From NCBI GenBank assembly GCA_051860645.1, contig JBHYDO010000001.1, positions 1-44,600 of the forward strand: DNA of 44,600 bases, in the 5' to 3' direction. The translations under genes were made by a program, and so were the position numbers. Under the pieces are notes generated by a model. It was not told the DNA's origin. It was given only the letters and a program-made list of their open reading frames with translations, and ran no database searches. The DNA is from Roseococcus sp. GTDB taxonomy: Bacteria; Pseudomonadota; Alphaproteobacteria; Acetobacterales; Acetobacteraceae. This document shows positions 16,412 through 26,023 of the stretch, in pieces (position 1 is the first letter of the stretch; each line of letters begins with the position of its first letter).

Positions 16412-16738
16412 ATGAAGGCGAAGCTGCGCATCAACGACGATGAGGTGGTGGAACTCGCGGAAATGTTCCGCCTGATGAGCGACCCGACGCGGCTCAAGAT
16501 CATCCTGGCCTGCCTGGACGAACCGGCCTCGGTCGGCGCGATGGCCGATCGGCTCGACATTTCCCCAAGCCTCGTCTCGCACCATCTGCGGCTGCTGCGC
16601 GCGGCACGGCTGCTCCAGGCGGACCGGCGGGGACGCATGGTTTTTTATGTTGTGGGAGACCCTCACATTCGCTCCATGCTCACCGACATGGCAGATCACG
16701 TTGCGGAGGATGTGGAGGGCGAAATCGAGCCGGGCTGA
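16412..16738 (+). CDS. ArsR/SmtB-family metal-sensing repressor (alpha5 site)
   Basis: 'FRLMSDPTRLKI', 'SLVSHHLRLLR' and a C-terminal D-x-H-x10-H-x2-E motif (DPHIRSMLTDMADHVAE). Confidence 0.9.
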   Translation: MKAKLRINDDEVVELAEMFRLMSDPTRLKIILACLDEPASVGAMADRLDISPSLVSHHLRLLRAARLLQADRRGRMVFYVVGDPHIRSMLTDMADHVAEDVEGEIEPG

Positions 16739-16931
16739 CGGCAGCCGTGCCAAAGCGGCGCATAAGCCCTCGCTGACACTTGCCGCTTCACAGGCCGGCC
16801 ACTATGGTCCGGCCGCTCTGCCGGGTGTGCTTCCCTTGGGGGAAACGACCGCGGGCAGGCGCGCAAGAAGGTGGTCATGTGGCCGCCGGGCGGGGTCCGA
16901 AGAAGGCCTCGCTTCCAAGTTCGAGGGCAAG

Positions 16932-17852
16932 GTGCTGCGCGTGATAGGGCGTATCGGACGGATCATCATGATGGCGGCGGTGCTTCTGGCAGGCACCGCA
17001 TCCGCATTTGCGCAAACGGCGCCGGAAGCGGCCTCCCCCTCAGCGGAGGCACCCATGGTCGGCGCCCCGGTGCCCTGGGGGCTTGGCCTTCAGGCGTCGG
17101 GCGGACCGATCAAGGACGCGATCAGCGACTTCAACACGCTGGTTTTCAACATCATCGTGGCAATCACGATCTTCGTGGCGCTGTTGCTGGCCTGGTGCAT
17201 GTGGCGCTACAGCGCCAAGCGCAACCCGGTGCCGTCGCAGACCAGCCACAACACCACGCTGGAAATCGCCTGGACGGTCATCCCGGTGCTGATCCTCGTG
17301 GTCATCGCCATCCCTTCCTTCCGCCTGATCTACTACCAGGACCGCGCGCGCGACGCCGACTTCACGATCAACGTGACCGGCCACCAGTGGTACTGGAACT
17401 ACCGGATGCCGGATCACGGCAACTTCGCCTTCGACAGCCGCCCCGTCTTCGACGAGGACCTGACTCCTGGCCAATTCCGCAACCTGGAAGTGGACGAGCC
17501 GCTGCTGATCCCCGTGGGGGCCACCGTGCGCGTGCTGACGCAGGGTGCGGACGTGATCCACAGCTTCTTCGTCCCCTCGCTCGGCGTGCAGCGCTACAAC
17601 ATCCCGGGCCGCACGCTCGAGACCTGGATGCAGGCGGACCGCCCCGGCACCTTCTACGGCCAGTGCAATCAGATCTGCGGCACGAACCATTGGTTCATGC
17701 CGATCGTGATCCGGGCCGTGCCCCAGGAAGAGTTCGAGGCCTGGGCGGCGAGCGCGCGGACGCGCTTCGCGCACACCATCCCCGGGAATGGCGCGCCGGC
17801 CCTTGCGGCCCCTGGCGCCGACCCCATCCGTATCGCAGCGGCCCAGCAGTGA
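16932..17852 (+). CDS. coxB: Cytochrome c oxidase subunit II (start approximate)
   Basis: 'LEIAWTVIP', 'GHQWYWNY', 'DVIHSF' and CuA motif 'CNQICGTNHWFM'. Confidence 0.93.
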   Translation: MLRVIGRIGRIIMMAAVLLAGTASAFAQTAPEAASPSAEAPMVGAPVPWGLGLQASGGPIKDAISDFNTLVFNIIVAITIFVALLLAWCMWRYSAKRNPVPSQTSHNTTLEIAWTVIPVLILVVIAIPSFRLIYYQDRARDADFTINVTGHQWYWNYRMPDHGNFAFDSRPVFDEDLTPGQFRNLEVDEPLLIPVGATVRVLTQGADVIHSFFVPSLGVQRYNIPGRTLETWMQADRPGTFYGQCNQICGTNHWFMPIVIRAVPQEEFEAWAASARTRFAHTIPGNGAPALAAPGADPIRIAAAQQ

Positions 17853-17891
17853 CCGCCGTAGGCTGAAGAAGAAGAGAAAGGCGACCGGACA

Positions 17892-19481
17892 ATGGCATAC
17901 GCTGCGGACGCGCATGGTCACGACGACCACAAGCCGAACTTTGTGAACCGCTGGCTGTTCAGCACGAATCACAAGGACATCGGCACCCTCTACATCCTGT
18001 TTTCGCTGTTCGCGGCGATCATCGGGGTGGGGCTCTCCTTCCTGATGCGGCTGGAGTTGCAGTCCCCGGGGCTGCAGATCTTCGCCGACGGGCAGATGTG
18101 GAACGCCTATGTCTCGGCCCATGGCCTGATCATGGTGTTCTTCGTGATCATGCCGGCGCTGATCGGCGGGTTCGGCAACTGGTTCGTGCCCATCATGATC
18201 GGTGCGCCGGACATGGCCTTCCCGCGCCTGAACAACATCAGCTTCTGGCTGCTTGTGCCGGCCTTCCTGCTGCTGGGCGGTTCGCTCTTCGTGGGCGGCG
18301 GCGCCGGCGCGGGCTGGACCATCTATCCGCCGCTGTCCGATGACACGTACCAGACGGGCCCGGCCATGGACATGGCGCTGTTCGCGCTGCACCTGGCGGG
18401 CGCCAGCTCCATCCTGGGCGCCGCCAACTTCATCACGACCATCTTCAACATGCGCGCCCCGGGCATGACGCTGCACAAGATGCCGCTGTTCGTGTGGTCC
18501 ATGCTGGTGACGGCCTTCCTGCTGCTGCTGGCCGTGCCCGTGCTGGGCGGCGCCATCACCATGCTGATCACGGACCGGAACTTCGGCACGGCCTTCTTCG
18601 ACCCGGCCGGCGGCGGTGACCCGGTGCTGTTCCAGCACCTGTTCTGGTTTTTCGGCCACCCCGAAGTGTACATCATGATCCTGCCGGCCTTCGGCATCGT
18701 CAGCCACATCATCTCCACCTTCAGCAAGAAGCCGGTGTTCGGCTATCTCGGCATGGCCTACGCCATGGTGGCGATCGGTGTGGTGGGCTTCGTCGTGTGG
18801 GCGCACCATATGTACACCTCGGGCATCGACGTGGACACCCGGGCCTACTTCATGGCCGCGACCATGGTCATCGCTGTGCCGACCGGCATCAAGATCTTCT
18901 CCTGGATTGCCACCATGTGGGGTGGCTCCATCCGGATGGAGACGCCGATGCTCTTCGCCGTCGGCTTCATCTTCCTCTTCACGGTGGGCGGGGTGACCGG
19001 AGTGGTGCTGGCCAATGCGGGCATCACGCAGATCCTGCACAACACCTACTATGTGGTGGCGCACTTCCACTACGTGCTGAGCCTGGGCGCGGTGTTCGGC
19101 ATCTATGCCGGCATCTACTACTGGATCGGCAAGATGAGCGGCCGGCAGTACCCTGAGCGGCTTGGCCAGATCCATTTCTGGCTGACCTTCGTGGGCGTGA
19201 ACCTGACCTTCTTCCCCATGCACTTCCTGGGCAACCAGGGCATGCCGCGCCGTTACCCGGACTATCCGGACGCCATGTGGGGCTGGAACATGGTCGCCTC
19301 GGTCGGCTCCTACATCGCGATCGCGAGCTTCCTGTTCTTCTTCTACGTGATGTGGGTGACGCTGCGCCGCGGCGCGGTGGCCGCGCCGAACTACTGGGGC
19401 GAGGGCGCCACCACGCTCGAATGGCAGGTCAGCAGCCCGCCGCCCTTCCACACGTTTGACGAACTGCCCCGCATCCGCTGA
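17892..19481 (+). CDS. coxA: Cytochrome c oxidase subunit I (A1 type)
   Basis: 'STNHKDIG', 'GHPEVY', 'WAHH', 'HFHY', D-channel '[10 protein letters not shown]' and K-channel 'PTGIK'. Confidence 0.98.
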   Translation: MAYAADAHGHDDHKPNFVNRWLFSTNHKDIGTLYILFSLFAAIIGVGLSFLMRLELQSPGLQIFADGQMWNAYVSAHGLIMVFFVIMPALIGGFGNWFVPIMIGAPDMAFPRLNNISFWLLVPAFLLLGGSLFVGGGAGAGWTIYPPLSDDTYQTGPAMDMALFALHLAGASSILGAANFITTIFNMRAPGMTLHKMPLFVWSMLVTAFLLLLAVPVLGGAITMLITDRNFGTAFFDPAGGGDPVLFQHLFWFFGHPEVYIMILPAFGIVSHIISTFSKKPVFGYLGMAYAMVAIGVVGFVVWAHHMYTSGIDVDTRAYFMAATMVIAVPTGIKIFSWIATMWGGSIRMETPMLFAVGFIFLFTVGGVTGVVLANAGITQILHNTYYVVAHFHYVLSLGAVFGIYAGIYYWIGKMSGRQYPERLGQIHFWLTFVGVNLTFFPMHFLGNQGMPRRYPDYPDAMWGWNMVASVGSYIAIASFLFFFYVMWVTLRRGAVAAPNYWGEGATTLEWQVSSPPPFHTFDELPRIR

Positions 19482-19508
19482 GCGGGGACACTGGACCAGG
19501 ACCCCGTC

Positions 19509-20483
19509 ATGAGCGACGCGACCATGAGCCGAACGGGGGGGGCGCAAGCCCCCCTCGTCATATCAGCGCCCGGCGCGGAGGCCCTCGCGGGTTCCGAGGT
19601 GCGGGACTGGATCATGCTGCTCAAGCCACGGGTTCTCTCCCTTGTGGTCTACAGCGGGGTGGCGGGGCTGCTGGTGGCGCCGGGCGTGGGCGCGATGCCG
19701 CTGGTGCTTGCGCTGGCGGCCATCCTCTGCATCACCATCGCCGCCGGCGCGGCGGGCGCGATCAACATGTGGTATGATCGTGACATCGACGCCGTGATGC
19801 GCCGCACGCAGAAGCGGCCCATCCCTTCCGGGCGCATCAGCGCCGATGGTGCGCTGGCCTATGGCGTGCTGCTGGGCGTGGGTTCCGTGGCCATGATGGG
19901 CCTGGCCACCAACTGGCTGGCCGCCGCGGTGCTGGCGGGTTCCATTCTGTTCTACGTGGTCATCTACACCATGTGGCTGAAGCGCCGCACGCCGCAGAAT
20001 ATCGTCATCGGCGGTGCGGCCGGGGCCTTCCCGCCGCTCATCGGCTGGGTGGCGGTGACGGGCAGTGTCGAGGCGCTGCCGCTTGTGCTGTTCGCCATCA
20101 TCTTCGTGTGGACTCCGCCGCATTTCTGGGCGCTCTCGCTCTGGGCGCACCAGGACTACCAGCGGGCGGGCGTGCCCATGTTGCCCGTGGTCTCGGGCGC
20201 GCGGGAGACGCGGCGCCAAGTGGTGATCTACACCGTGCTTCTCGTGCCGCTGACGCTGGCGCCCTGGCTGATGGGCTTCAACTCCTGGGCCTATGGGCTG
20301 GTGGCCGCGGCGCTGGGCGCAAACTTCCTGCGCCACGCCTGGATGGTCTGGCACGACAAACAGGATGAGACGGGCGTGTCCCTCACCAACGACATGCCCG
20401 CTAAGCGCTGCTTCAAGTTCAGCATCTCCTACCTGTTCCTGCTGTTCGGCGCGCTGGTGGCCGACCGTCTGTGGCTGGCATGA
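19509..20483 (+). CDS. ctaB: Protoheme IX farnesyltransferase (heme O synthase)
   Basis: 'LKPRV', 'NMWYDRDID.VM.RT..RP' and 'WTPPHFWAL'. Confidence 0.95.
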   Translation: MSDATMSRTGGAQAPLVISAPGAEALAGSEVRDWIMLLKPRVLSLVVYSGVAGLLVAPGVGAMPLVLALAAILCITIAAGAAGAINMWYDRDIDAVMRRTQKRPIPSGRISADGALAYGVLLGVGSVAMMGLATNWLAAAVLAGSILFYVVIYTMWLKRRTPQNIVIGGAAGAFPPLIGWVAVTGSVEALPLVLFAIIFVWTPPHFWALSLWAHQDYQRAGVPMLPVVSGARETRRQVVIYTVLLVPLTLAPWLMGFNSWAYGLVAAALGANFLRHAWMVWHDKQDETGVSLTNDMPAKRCFKFSISYLFLLFGALVADRLWLA

Positions 20484-20629
20484 CCGCGCCCCTGGACAGG
20501 CCGATGACGCCTGAGGAGCGCGCGGTGTTCGACCGCCGCCGGCGGGCCCGCAACTGGGCCATCCTGGCCGCGCTGATGGGCCTCGTCGTGCTGTTCTTCT
20601 TCATCTCCACCGCAAGGCTGCTCCGCTGA
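20480..20629 (+). CDS. 49-aa single-TM protein in the cox operon (below the ORF-track cutoff)
   Basis: MTAPLDRPMTPEERAVFDRRRRARNWAILAALMGLVVLFFFISTARLLR; overlaps the ctaB stop (ATGA) and the ctaG start (TGATG). Confidence 0.8.
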   Translation: MTAPLDRPMTPEERAVFDRRRRARNWAILAALMGLVVLFFFISTARLLR

Positions 20630-21252
20630 TGCGCTTTGAACGCCCTGACCCCGCAGTGCTGGCGCGCAAGAACCGGCGCCTGGCCATCGCCTCCTTCGGC
20701 TTCGTGGGCTTCATGGTCGGCGTCTCCTTTGCCGCCGTGCCCCTTTACGACCTGTTCTGCCGCGTCACGGGCTTCGGCGGCACGCCGATGATCGGCCAGG
20801 CGGCACCGGCCACGGTGGGCGAGGCGACCATCACCGTCCGTTTCAACGCCAACACCCAGCCGAACCTGCCCTGGCAGTTCGCCGCCCAGAGCCAGGCGAT
20901 GACGCTGCACGTGGGCGAGGAAGGCCTGGCCTTCTACACCGCCCGCAACACCGCCCCCGGGCCGGTGACGGGCATCTCCACCTACAATGTCACGCCCGAG
21001 ATCGTCGGCCGCTACTTCCACAAGACCGCCTGCTTCTGCTTTGAGGAGCAGACGCTGGAGGGCGGCCAGCAGGTGGACATGCCCCTGACCTTCTGGGTGG
21101 ACCCGCGCATCGCGCAAGACCCCGCCACGCGCGGCATCCGCACCATCACGGTCAGCTACACCTTCTTCCGCACCCTCCAGGATGCCGAACGTGCCGGCGC
21201 CCTCGCGAGTGCCGGGCCGCATGTGGGCCCGAGGAGCACGACGACCCGCTGA
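20629..21252 (+). CDS. ctaG: Cytochrome c oxidase assembly protein Cox11/CtaG
   Basis: 'VPLYDLFC.VTG.GG' and Cu-binding 'CFCF'. Confidence 0.95.
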   Translation: MRFERPDPAVLARKNRRLAIASFGFVGFMVGVSFAAVPLYDLFCRVTGFGGTPMIGQAAPATVGEATITVRFNANTQPNLPWQFAAQSQAMTLHVGEEGLAFYTARNTAPGPVTGISTYNVTPEIVGRYFHKTACFCFEEQTLEGGQQVDMPLTFWVDPRIAQDPATRGIRTITVSYTFFRTLQDAERAGALASAGPHVGPRSTTTR

Positions 21253-21348
21253 AGCCCGTCCGCGGGGTTGATTTCCCGCGGATTTTCCGGGATTGATGCG
21301 GCCCATCCAGCGCGGGAACGAACCCGCCGAACGGGTCAGGATTGAGCG

Positions 21349-22185
21349 ATGGCAAGCACCGGCGAGGGCGGCAGCCCCTACAAGCACCCCTACCACCTGG
21401 TGGACCCTTCGCCCTGGCCGCTGCTCGCGGCCTTCGCGGCCGGCCTGCTGGTGACCGGCATCATCCTGCAGGCGCATTTCGGCATGGTCTGGCCGCTGGC
21501 GCTGGGCGGGGCGGGCGTGCTTGCCTGCATGTTCGGCTGGTGGCGCGATGTGCTGAAAGAGAGCCGCACGCCGGGCCTGCACAGCGCGGTGGTGCGCCTC
21601 GGCCTGCGCTACGGCATGATCCTGTTCATCGCCTCCGAGGTGATGTTCTTCGTCGCCTTCTTCTGGGCCTATTTCCACTTCGCCCTCTATCCGGAGCATG
21701 TGTCGGGTGCCACCTCGGCCATCTGGCCCCCGGCGGGCATCTACACCTTCGACCCGTTCCACCTGCCCTTCCTCAACACCATGATCCTGCTGCTTTCGGG
21801 CTGCACGGTCACCTGGGCGCACCACGCACTGCTCAACAATGATCGCAAGGGCCTGATCACGGGCTTGGCGTTGACGGTGCTGCTCGGCATGATCTTCACC
21901 GGGCTGCAAGCTTGGGAATACGCGGTAGCGCCCTTCCCCTTCCGCGACGGCGGCATCTACCCCTCCACCTTCTTCCTCGCCACTGGCTTCCACGGCTTCC
22001 ACGTCATCGTCGGCACCATTTTCCTCGCGGTGTGCCTGTTCCGCGCCATCGCCGGGCATTTCACCCCGGAGAAGCATTTCGGCTTCGAGGCGGCGGCCTG
22101 GTACTGGCACTTCGTGGACGTGGTCTGGCTGTTCCTCGTCGTGTCCAGCTACTGGTGGGGCGCGGGCGAGATCGCGCATCATTGA
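21349..22185 (+). CDS. coxC: Cytochrome c oxidase subunit III
   Basis: 'HPYHLVDPSPWP', 'FIASEVMFF', 'TGFHGFHV' and 'WYWHFVDVVW'. Confidence 0.97.
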   Translation: MASTGEGGSPYKHPYHLVDPSPWPLLAAFAAGLLVTGIILQAHFGMVWPLALGGAGVLACMFGWWRDVLKESRTPGLHSAVVRLGLRYGMILFIASEVMFFVAFFWAYFHFALYPEHVSGATSAIWPPAGIYTFDPFHLPFLNTMILLLSGCTVTWAHHALLNNDRKGLITGLALTVLLGMIFTGLQAWEYAVAPFPFRDGGIYPSTFFLATGFHGFHVIVGTIFLAVCLFRAIAGHFTPEKHFGFEAAAWYWHFVDVVWLFLVVSSYWWGAGEIAHH

Positions 22186-22266
22186 CGGGGCGCCTGCCGC
22201 CCCCTCCTCTGACCCGGAACGGGCCGCCGCGCGGCCGGGTCGTCCGTGTGGCGTTGCGTTGAGACC

Positions 22267-22995
22267 ATGACCAGCGGTCTTCCCTGGCAGCGCTTGGTGC
22301 TGCCTTCCTTCCTCGCCCTGCCGGTGCTGGCGCTGCTTCTGGCGCTCGGTACCTGGCAGTTGCAGCGGCTGGAATGGAAGAACGGCCTGCTGGCGGAGAT
22401 CGCTGCCGCGCAGGCCGCGCCGCCGGTCCCGGCGCCCGAGGCGCCCGCCCCCTTCGCCCATATCCTCGCCACCGGGCGCTTCCGCCCAGGGGCCGAGGCG
22501 CTACTCGGCCTTGAGGTGCGCGGCACGGTTCTGGGCGCCTCCCTCATCGCGGTGCTCGACCGCGCCGGCGCGCCCCCCTTGCTGGTCGAGCGTGGCTGGG
22601 TGCCCATGGAGGGTGGCGAGGTGGAACGGCCCGCGGGCGAGGTCACGGTCACCGGCTATGCCCGCCCCAGCGACCGGCGCAGCCCCTTCGCCGCGGCCGA
22701 TGATCCGGCCCGCCGGCGTTTCCTCACCTTCGACGCGCCGGCCATCGCGGGGGCGCTCGGCGTGCCGGAGGCGCCGCCCTTCGCGCTCACGGTCGTGCGG
22801 GTCGGACAGGGGCGCGGGCCCTCGGGCTTCGGTGCCGCCCCACCCCCCTCACGCGGCCCCCTGCCCGACGCCGCCAGTGGTTTTCCCGCGCCGCACAATC
22901 CACATCTCGGCTACGCCTTCACCTGGTTCGGACTGGCGGCGGCCTGGGTGGCCGTCTTTGCGGTCTGGGCCAGAGCCCGACTGAGGTCCACATGA
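22267..22995 (+). CDS. surf1: SURF1 family cytochrome oxidase biogenesis protein
   Basis: 'LGTWQLQRLEWK', 'LVERGWVP' and 'N.HLGYAFTWFGLA'. Confidence 0.93.
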   Translation: MTSGLPWQRLVLPSFLALPVLALLLALGTWQLQRLEWKNGLLAEIAAAQAAPPVPAPEAPAPFAHILATGRFRPGAEALLGLEVRGTVLGASLIAVLDRAGAPPLLVERGWVPMEGGEVERPAGEVTVTGYARPSDRRSPFAAADDPARRRFLTFDAPAIAGALGVPEAPPFALTVVRVGQGRGPSGFGAAPPPSRGPLPDAASGFPAPHNPHLGYAFTWFGLAAAWVAVFAVWARARLRST

Positions 22996-24479
22996 ACGCC
23001 GCCTACCAGCGCCTTGCCGAACGTGCAGCCCGCCTCGCCGCCCTGGGCGAAGCGCAGTCCATCCTGCATTGGGACGCCAGCACCATGATGCCGCGCGGCG
23101 GCGGTGCGGCGCGCGGCGAGCAGTTGGCCGCCCTGGCCGGGCTGAGCCACGAGCTGATGACGGCGCCGGCCGTGGCCGAGGACCTCGCCGCCGCGGAGGC
23201 CGCCGACCCCTGGGCCGCCGCTAACCTGGAGCTGATGCGCCGCGCCCATCGCCGCGCCACCGCCCTGCCCACCGCCCTGGTCGAGGCCAGCGCCCGCGCC
23301 AACTCCGCCTGCGAGAAGGTGTGGCGCGAGGCCAAGCCCGCCTCGGACTTCGCCCGCGTGCGCCCCGCCCTGGAGGAGGTGCTGCGCCTTCAGCGCGAAA
23401 CCGCCCAGGCCTATGCCGCCGCCACCGGCCTCACCCCTTATGACGCGCTGATGGAGGGCTACCAGCCCGGCGTGACCGCGGCCGAGGTCGAACCCGTCTT
23501 CACCGCCTACGAGGCCTGGCTGCGCGAGGCGCTGCCGCGCGCGGAGGAACTCCAGGCCCGGAGTGGCGCGCCCCTCCCTCTGCCCGGCTCCTTCCCGGTC
23601 GCGGCCCAGCGCGAGCTTTGCCGGCGCCTCTCGCTGCGCATCGGCCTGGAGGCGGAGCATTCCCGCCTCGATGAGAGCATGCACCCCTTCTGCGGTGGCA
23701 CGCCCACCGATGTCCGCATCACCACCTTCTACAGCGAGGCCGACCCCGCCAAGGCGCTGCTGGGCGTGCTGCACGAGACCGGCCACGCCCTTTATGAACG
23801 CGGCCTGCCCGCCGCCCATGCCAGGCAGCCCGTGGGCGAGAGCGCCGGCATGGCCGCGCATGAATCGCAAAGCCTGATCGTGGAGATGCAGGCCTGCCGG
23901 TCCGACGCCTTCCTGGGCTTCCTGGGGCGCGAGATGCACGCGGCTTATGGCGGGGATGCCACGCCCTATGCGCCGGAGAACCTGGCCCGGCTGTGGCGCC
24001 GCGTGGCGCGCGGGTTCATCCGTGTGGACGCGGACGAGATGACCTACCCGGCCCATGTCATCCTGCGCTTCCGGCTCGAACGCGCCATGATCGGGGGCGA
24101 CCTGGCCGTGGCCGACCTGCCCGGCGCCTGGGCCGAGGGGCTGCGTTCCCTGCTCGGCATCGCCCCGCCCGATGACGCCCGCGGCTGCCTGCAGGACATC
24201 CACTGGCATGACGGCGCCTTCGGCTATTTTCCCAGCTACACGCTGGGCGCCATGGCGGCCGCGCAGCTCATGAAGGCCGCCCGCGCGGCCGAGCCCGGGC
24301 TGGACGCAGCCTTGGCCGAGGGCGACCTCTCCCCCCTGCTGCGCTTCCTGCGCGCGAATGTGCATGCCGACGGCGCGCGGCTCGGCTTCCAGGACCTGCT
24401 GCGCGCCGCCACGGGCAAGCCGCTGGACCCCTCCGACTTCACCGCACACCTCACGGCGAGGTATCTCCATGCCGCATGA
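22992..24479 (+). CDS. Carboxypeptidase Taq (M32) family
   Basis: 'HPF', 'DVRITT', HEXXH 'HETGH', 'HESQS', 'IRVDADE', 'GCLQDIHW' and 'GYFPSY'. Confidence 0.95.
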   Translation: MNAAYQRLAERAARLAALGEAQSILHWDASTMMPRGGGAARGEQLAALAGLSHELMTAPAVAEDLAAAEAADPWAAANLELMRRAHRRATALPTALVEASARANSACEKVWREAKPASDFARVRPALEEVLRLQRETAQAYAAATGLTPYDALMEGYQPGVTAAEVEPVFTAYEAWLREALPRAEELQARSGAPLPLPGSFPVAAQRELCRRLSLRIGLEAEHSRLDESMHPFCGGTPTDVRITTFYSEADPAKALLGVLHETGHALYERGLPAAHARQPVGESAGMAAHESQSLIVEMQACRSDAFLGFLGREMHAAYGGDATPYAPENLARLWRRVARGFIRVDADEMTYPAHVILRFRLERAMIGGDLAVADLPGAWAEGLRSLLGIAPPDDARGCLQDIHWHDGAFGYFPSYTLGAMAAAQLMKAARAAEPGLDAALAEGDLSPLLRFLRANVHADGARLGFQDLLRAATGKPLDPSDFTAHLTARYLHAA

Positions 24480-25264
24480 AACCGCGCTGATCGGCACCAT
24501 CGCGCTGGGTCTGACCTATGCGCTGCTGCTGGGCCTGCTGGCCCGTGCGGCGTGGCTGCCGACCATCGTGGGATATCTCGCGGCGGGGATCGGCATCGGG
24601 CCCTCCACGCCCGGCTTCGTGGGCGACCTGGCCGCGGTGGGCTAGCTGGCCGGGATCGGCGTCATCCTGCTGATGTTCGGCGTGGGGCTGCATTTCTCGC
24701 CGCGCGAACTCGCCGATGCGCAGCATCGCCCTGCCGGGCGCGATCATCCAGATGGCGACCGCCACCCTCATGGGCTGGGGCCTGGCGCGGCTGATGGGCT
24801 GGCCGGACGCGGCGGGGCTGGTGCTGGGCCAGTCCACCCTCAGCCAGAAGGCGGCCGAGCAGACGCTGCCGCTGCGCGACGCCTTCGCGGTGCTCTTCTT
24901 CGTGGCGGTGGGCATGCTGTTCGATTCCAGCATCATCCGGCGCGAGCCGCTGATGCTGCTGGCCACGGTCCTGATCGTGCTGGTGGGGAGGACGGTGGCG
25001 GCCTACGCCATCGCGCGGCTGCGCGAGCTGGACCGGCGGGAGGCCCTGATCACCGGTGCCTCACTGGCGCAGTTGGGGGAGTTCAGCTTCATCCTGGTGG
25101 GCATCGCCGTCACCGAGGGCGTGTTGCCGGAGATGGGGCGCGACCTGATCCTGGCTGCGGCCATCATCAGCATCGCGCTCAACCCCTTCACCTTCAAACT
25201 GGCCTATCTGGTCGGGCAGCGCTCGGCCGTGGCGGCGGTGGAGAAGCCGGCGGAGCGACGCGGG
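24469..25264 (+). pseudogene. Decayed CPA2 cation:proton antiporter (YbaL/RosB-like)
   Basis: Starts 'MPHETALIGTIA'; in-frame TAG at 24643-24645; frameshift near 24715; 'GLVLG' joined directly to 'QSTLS..AAEQTLPLRDAFAVLFF', implying a large internal deletion; no own stop before pmtA. Confidence 0.85.
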
Positions 25265-25942
25265 TCACTCCCCGTTGCGGACTTCCACCAGCGTGAACAG
25301 CGAGATGGGCGGGCAGGCCTCGACGCGCTCGATCTGCGTGTCCGGCTCGAAGATGTCGGACAGCTTGAAGTCCGGATGCCAGCCGAGGATGCGCGCCAGC
25401 GGGGCCGTGCTGCGCTCCAACCACCAGCGGAACCCCTTGTCGGCGGCGAAGTGGTTCACGAAGAGCAACTGTCCGCCCGGGCGCACCACGCGGGCCATCT
25501 CGGCAAACAGCTTCTTCGCATCCGGCACCACCGAGGCGGTGAACATGGCCACGGCGATGTCGAAGCTGTCATCGGCGAAGGCCATGGCCTCGGCGTCCAT
25601 CTCCATCAGGCCATGGACGGCGACGAGTTTCTCCTCGGCGACGCGCTTCTGCGCCTTCAGCAGCATCTCGCGCGAGAGGTCGATGCCGACCACCTCCAGT
25701 TCCGGCCGGTAGTCCGGCAGGGCGAGGCCGGTGCCCACACCGACTTCGAGCACGCGCCGCCCAAGCGTCTGGGAAAGGCGGTTCACCGCGGCGACGGCGC
25801 TGCGGCGCCCAGGGGCGGACACGCCGCCGAACACCACGTCATAGACGCCCGCCCAGCGGCGATAGGCGTCCCGGACAGAGGCAGCGTCGAGCGCGGCGCG
25901 GGGGTGGGCGCGATCGCCCTCGGAGAGTCCCAAACTGGTCAT
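25265..25942 (-). CDS. pmtA: Phosphatidylethanolamine N-methyltransferase (Rhodobacter-type PmtA-like class I SAM MTase)
   Basis: 'AYRRWAGVYD.VFG', 'VLEVGVGTG', 'SVVPD', 'VNHF' and 'LGWHPDF'. Confidence 0.8.
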   Translation of the reverse strand: MTSLGLSEGDRAHPRAALDAASVRDAYRRWAGVYDVVFGGVSAPGRRSAVAAVNRLSQTLGRRVLEVGVGTGLALPDYRPELEVVGIDLSREMLLKAQKRVAEEKLVAVHGLMEMDAEAMAFADDSFDIAVAMFTASVVPDAKKLFAEMARVVRPGGQLLFVNHFAADKGFRWWLERSTAPLARILGWHPDFKLSDIFEPDTQIERVEACPPISLFTLVEVRNGE

Positions 25943-26023
25943 CTTGGCGCGAGCGCCTTCACATGGAGTGCATGGGTTAACCCGCCGCGAACCCTTGCGC
26001 AAGGCGAAGATGACCGCAGCATT

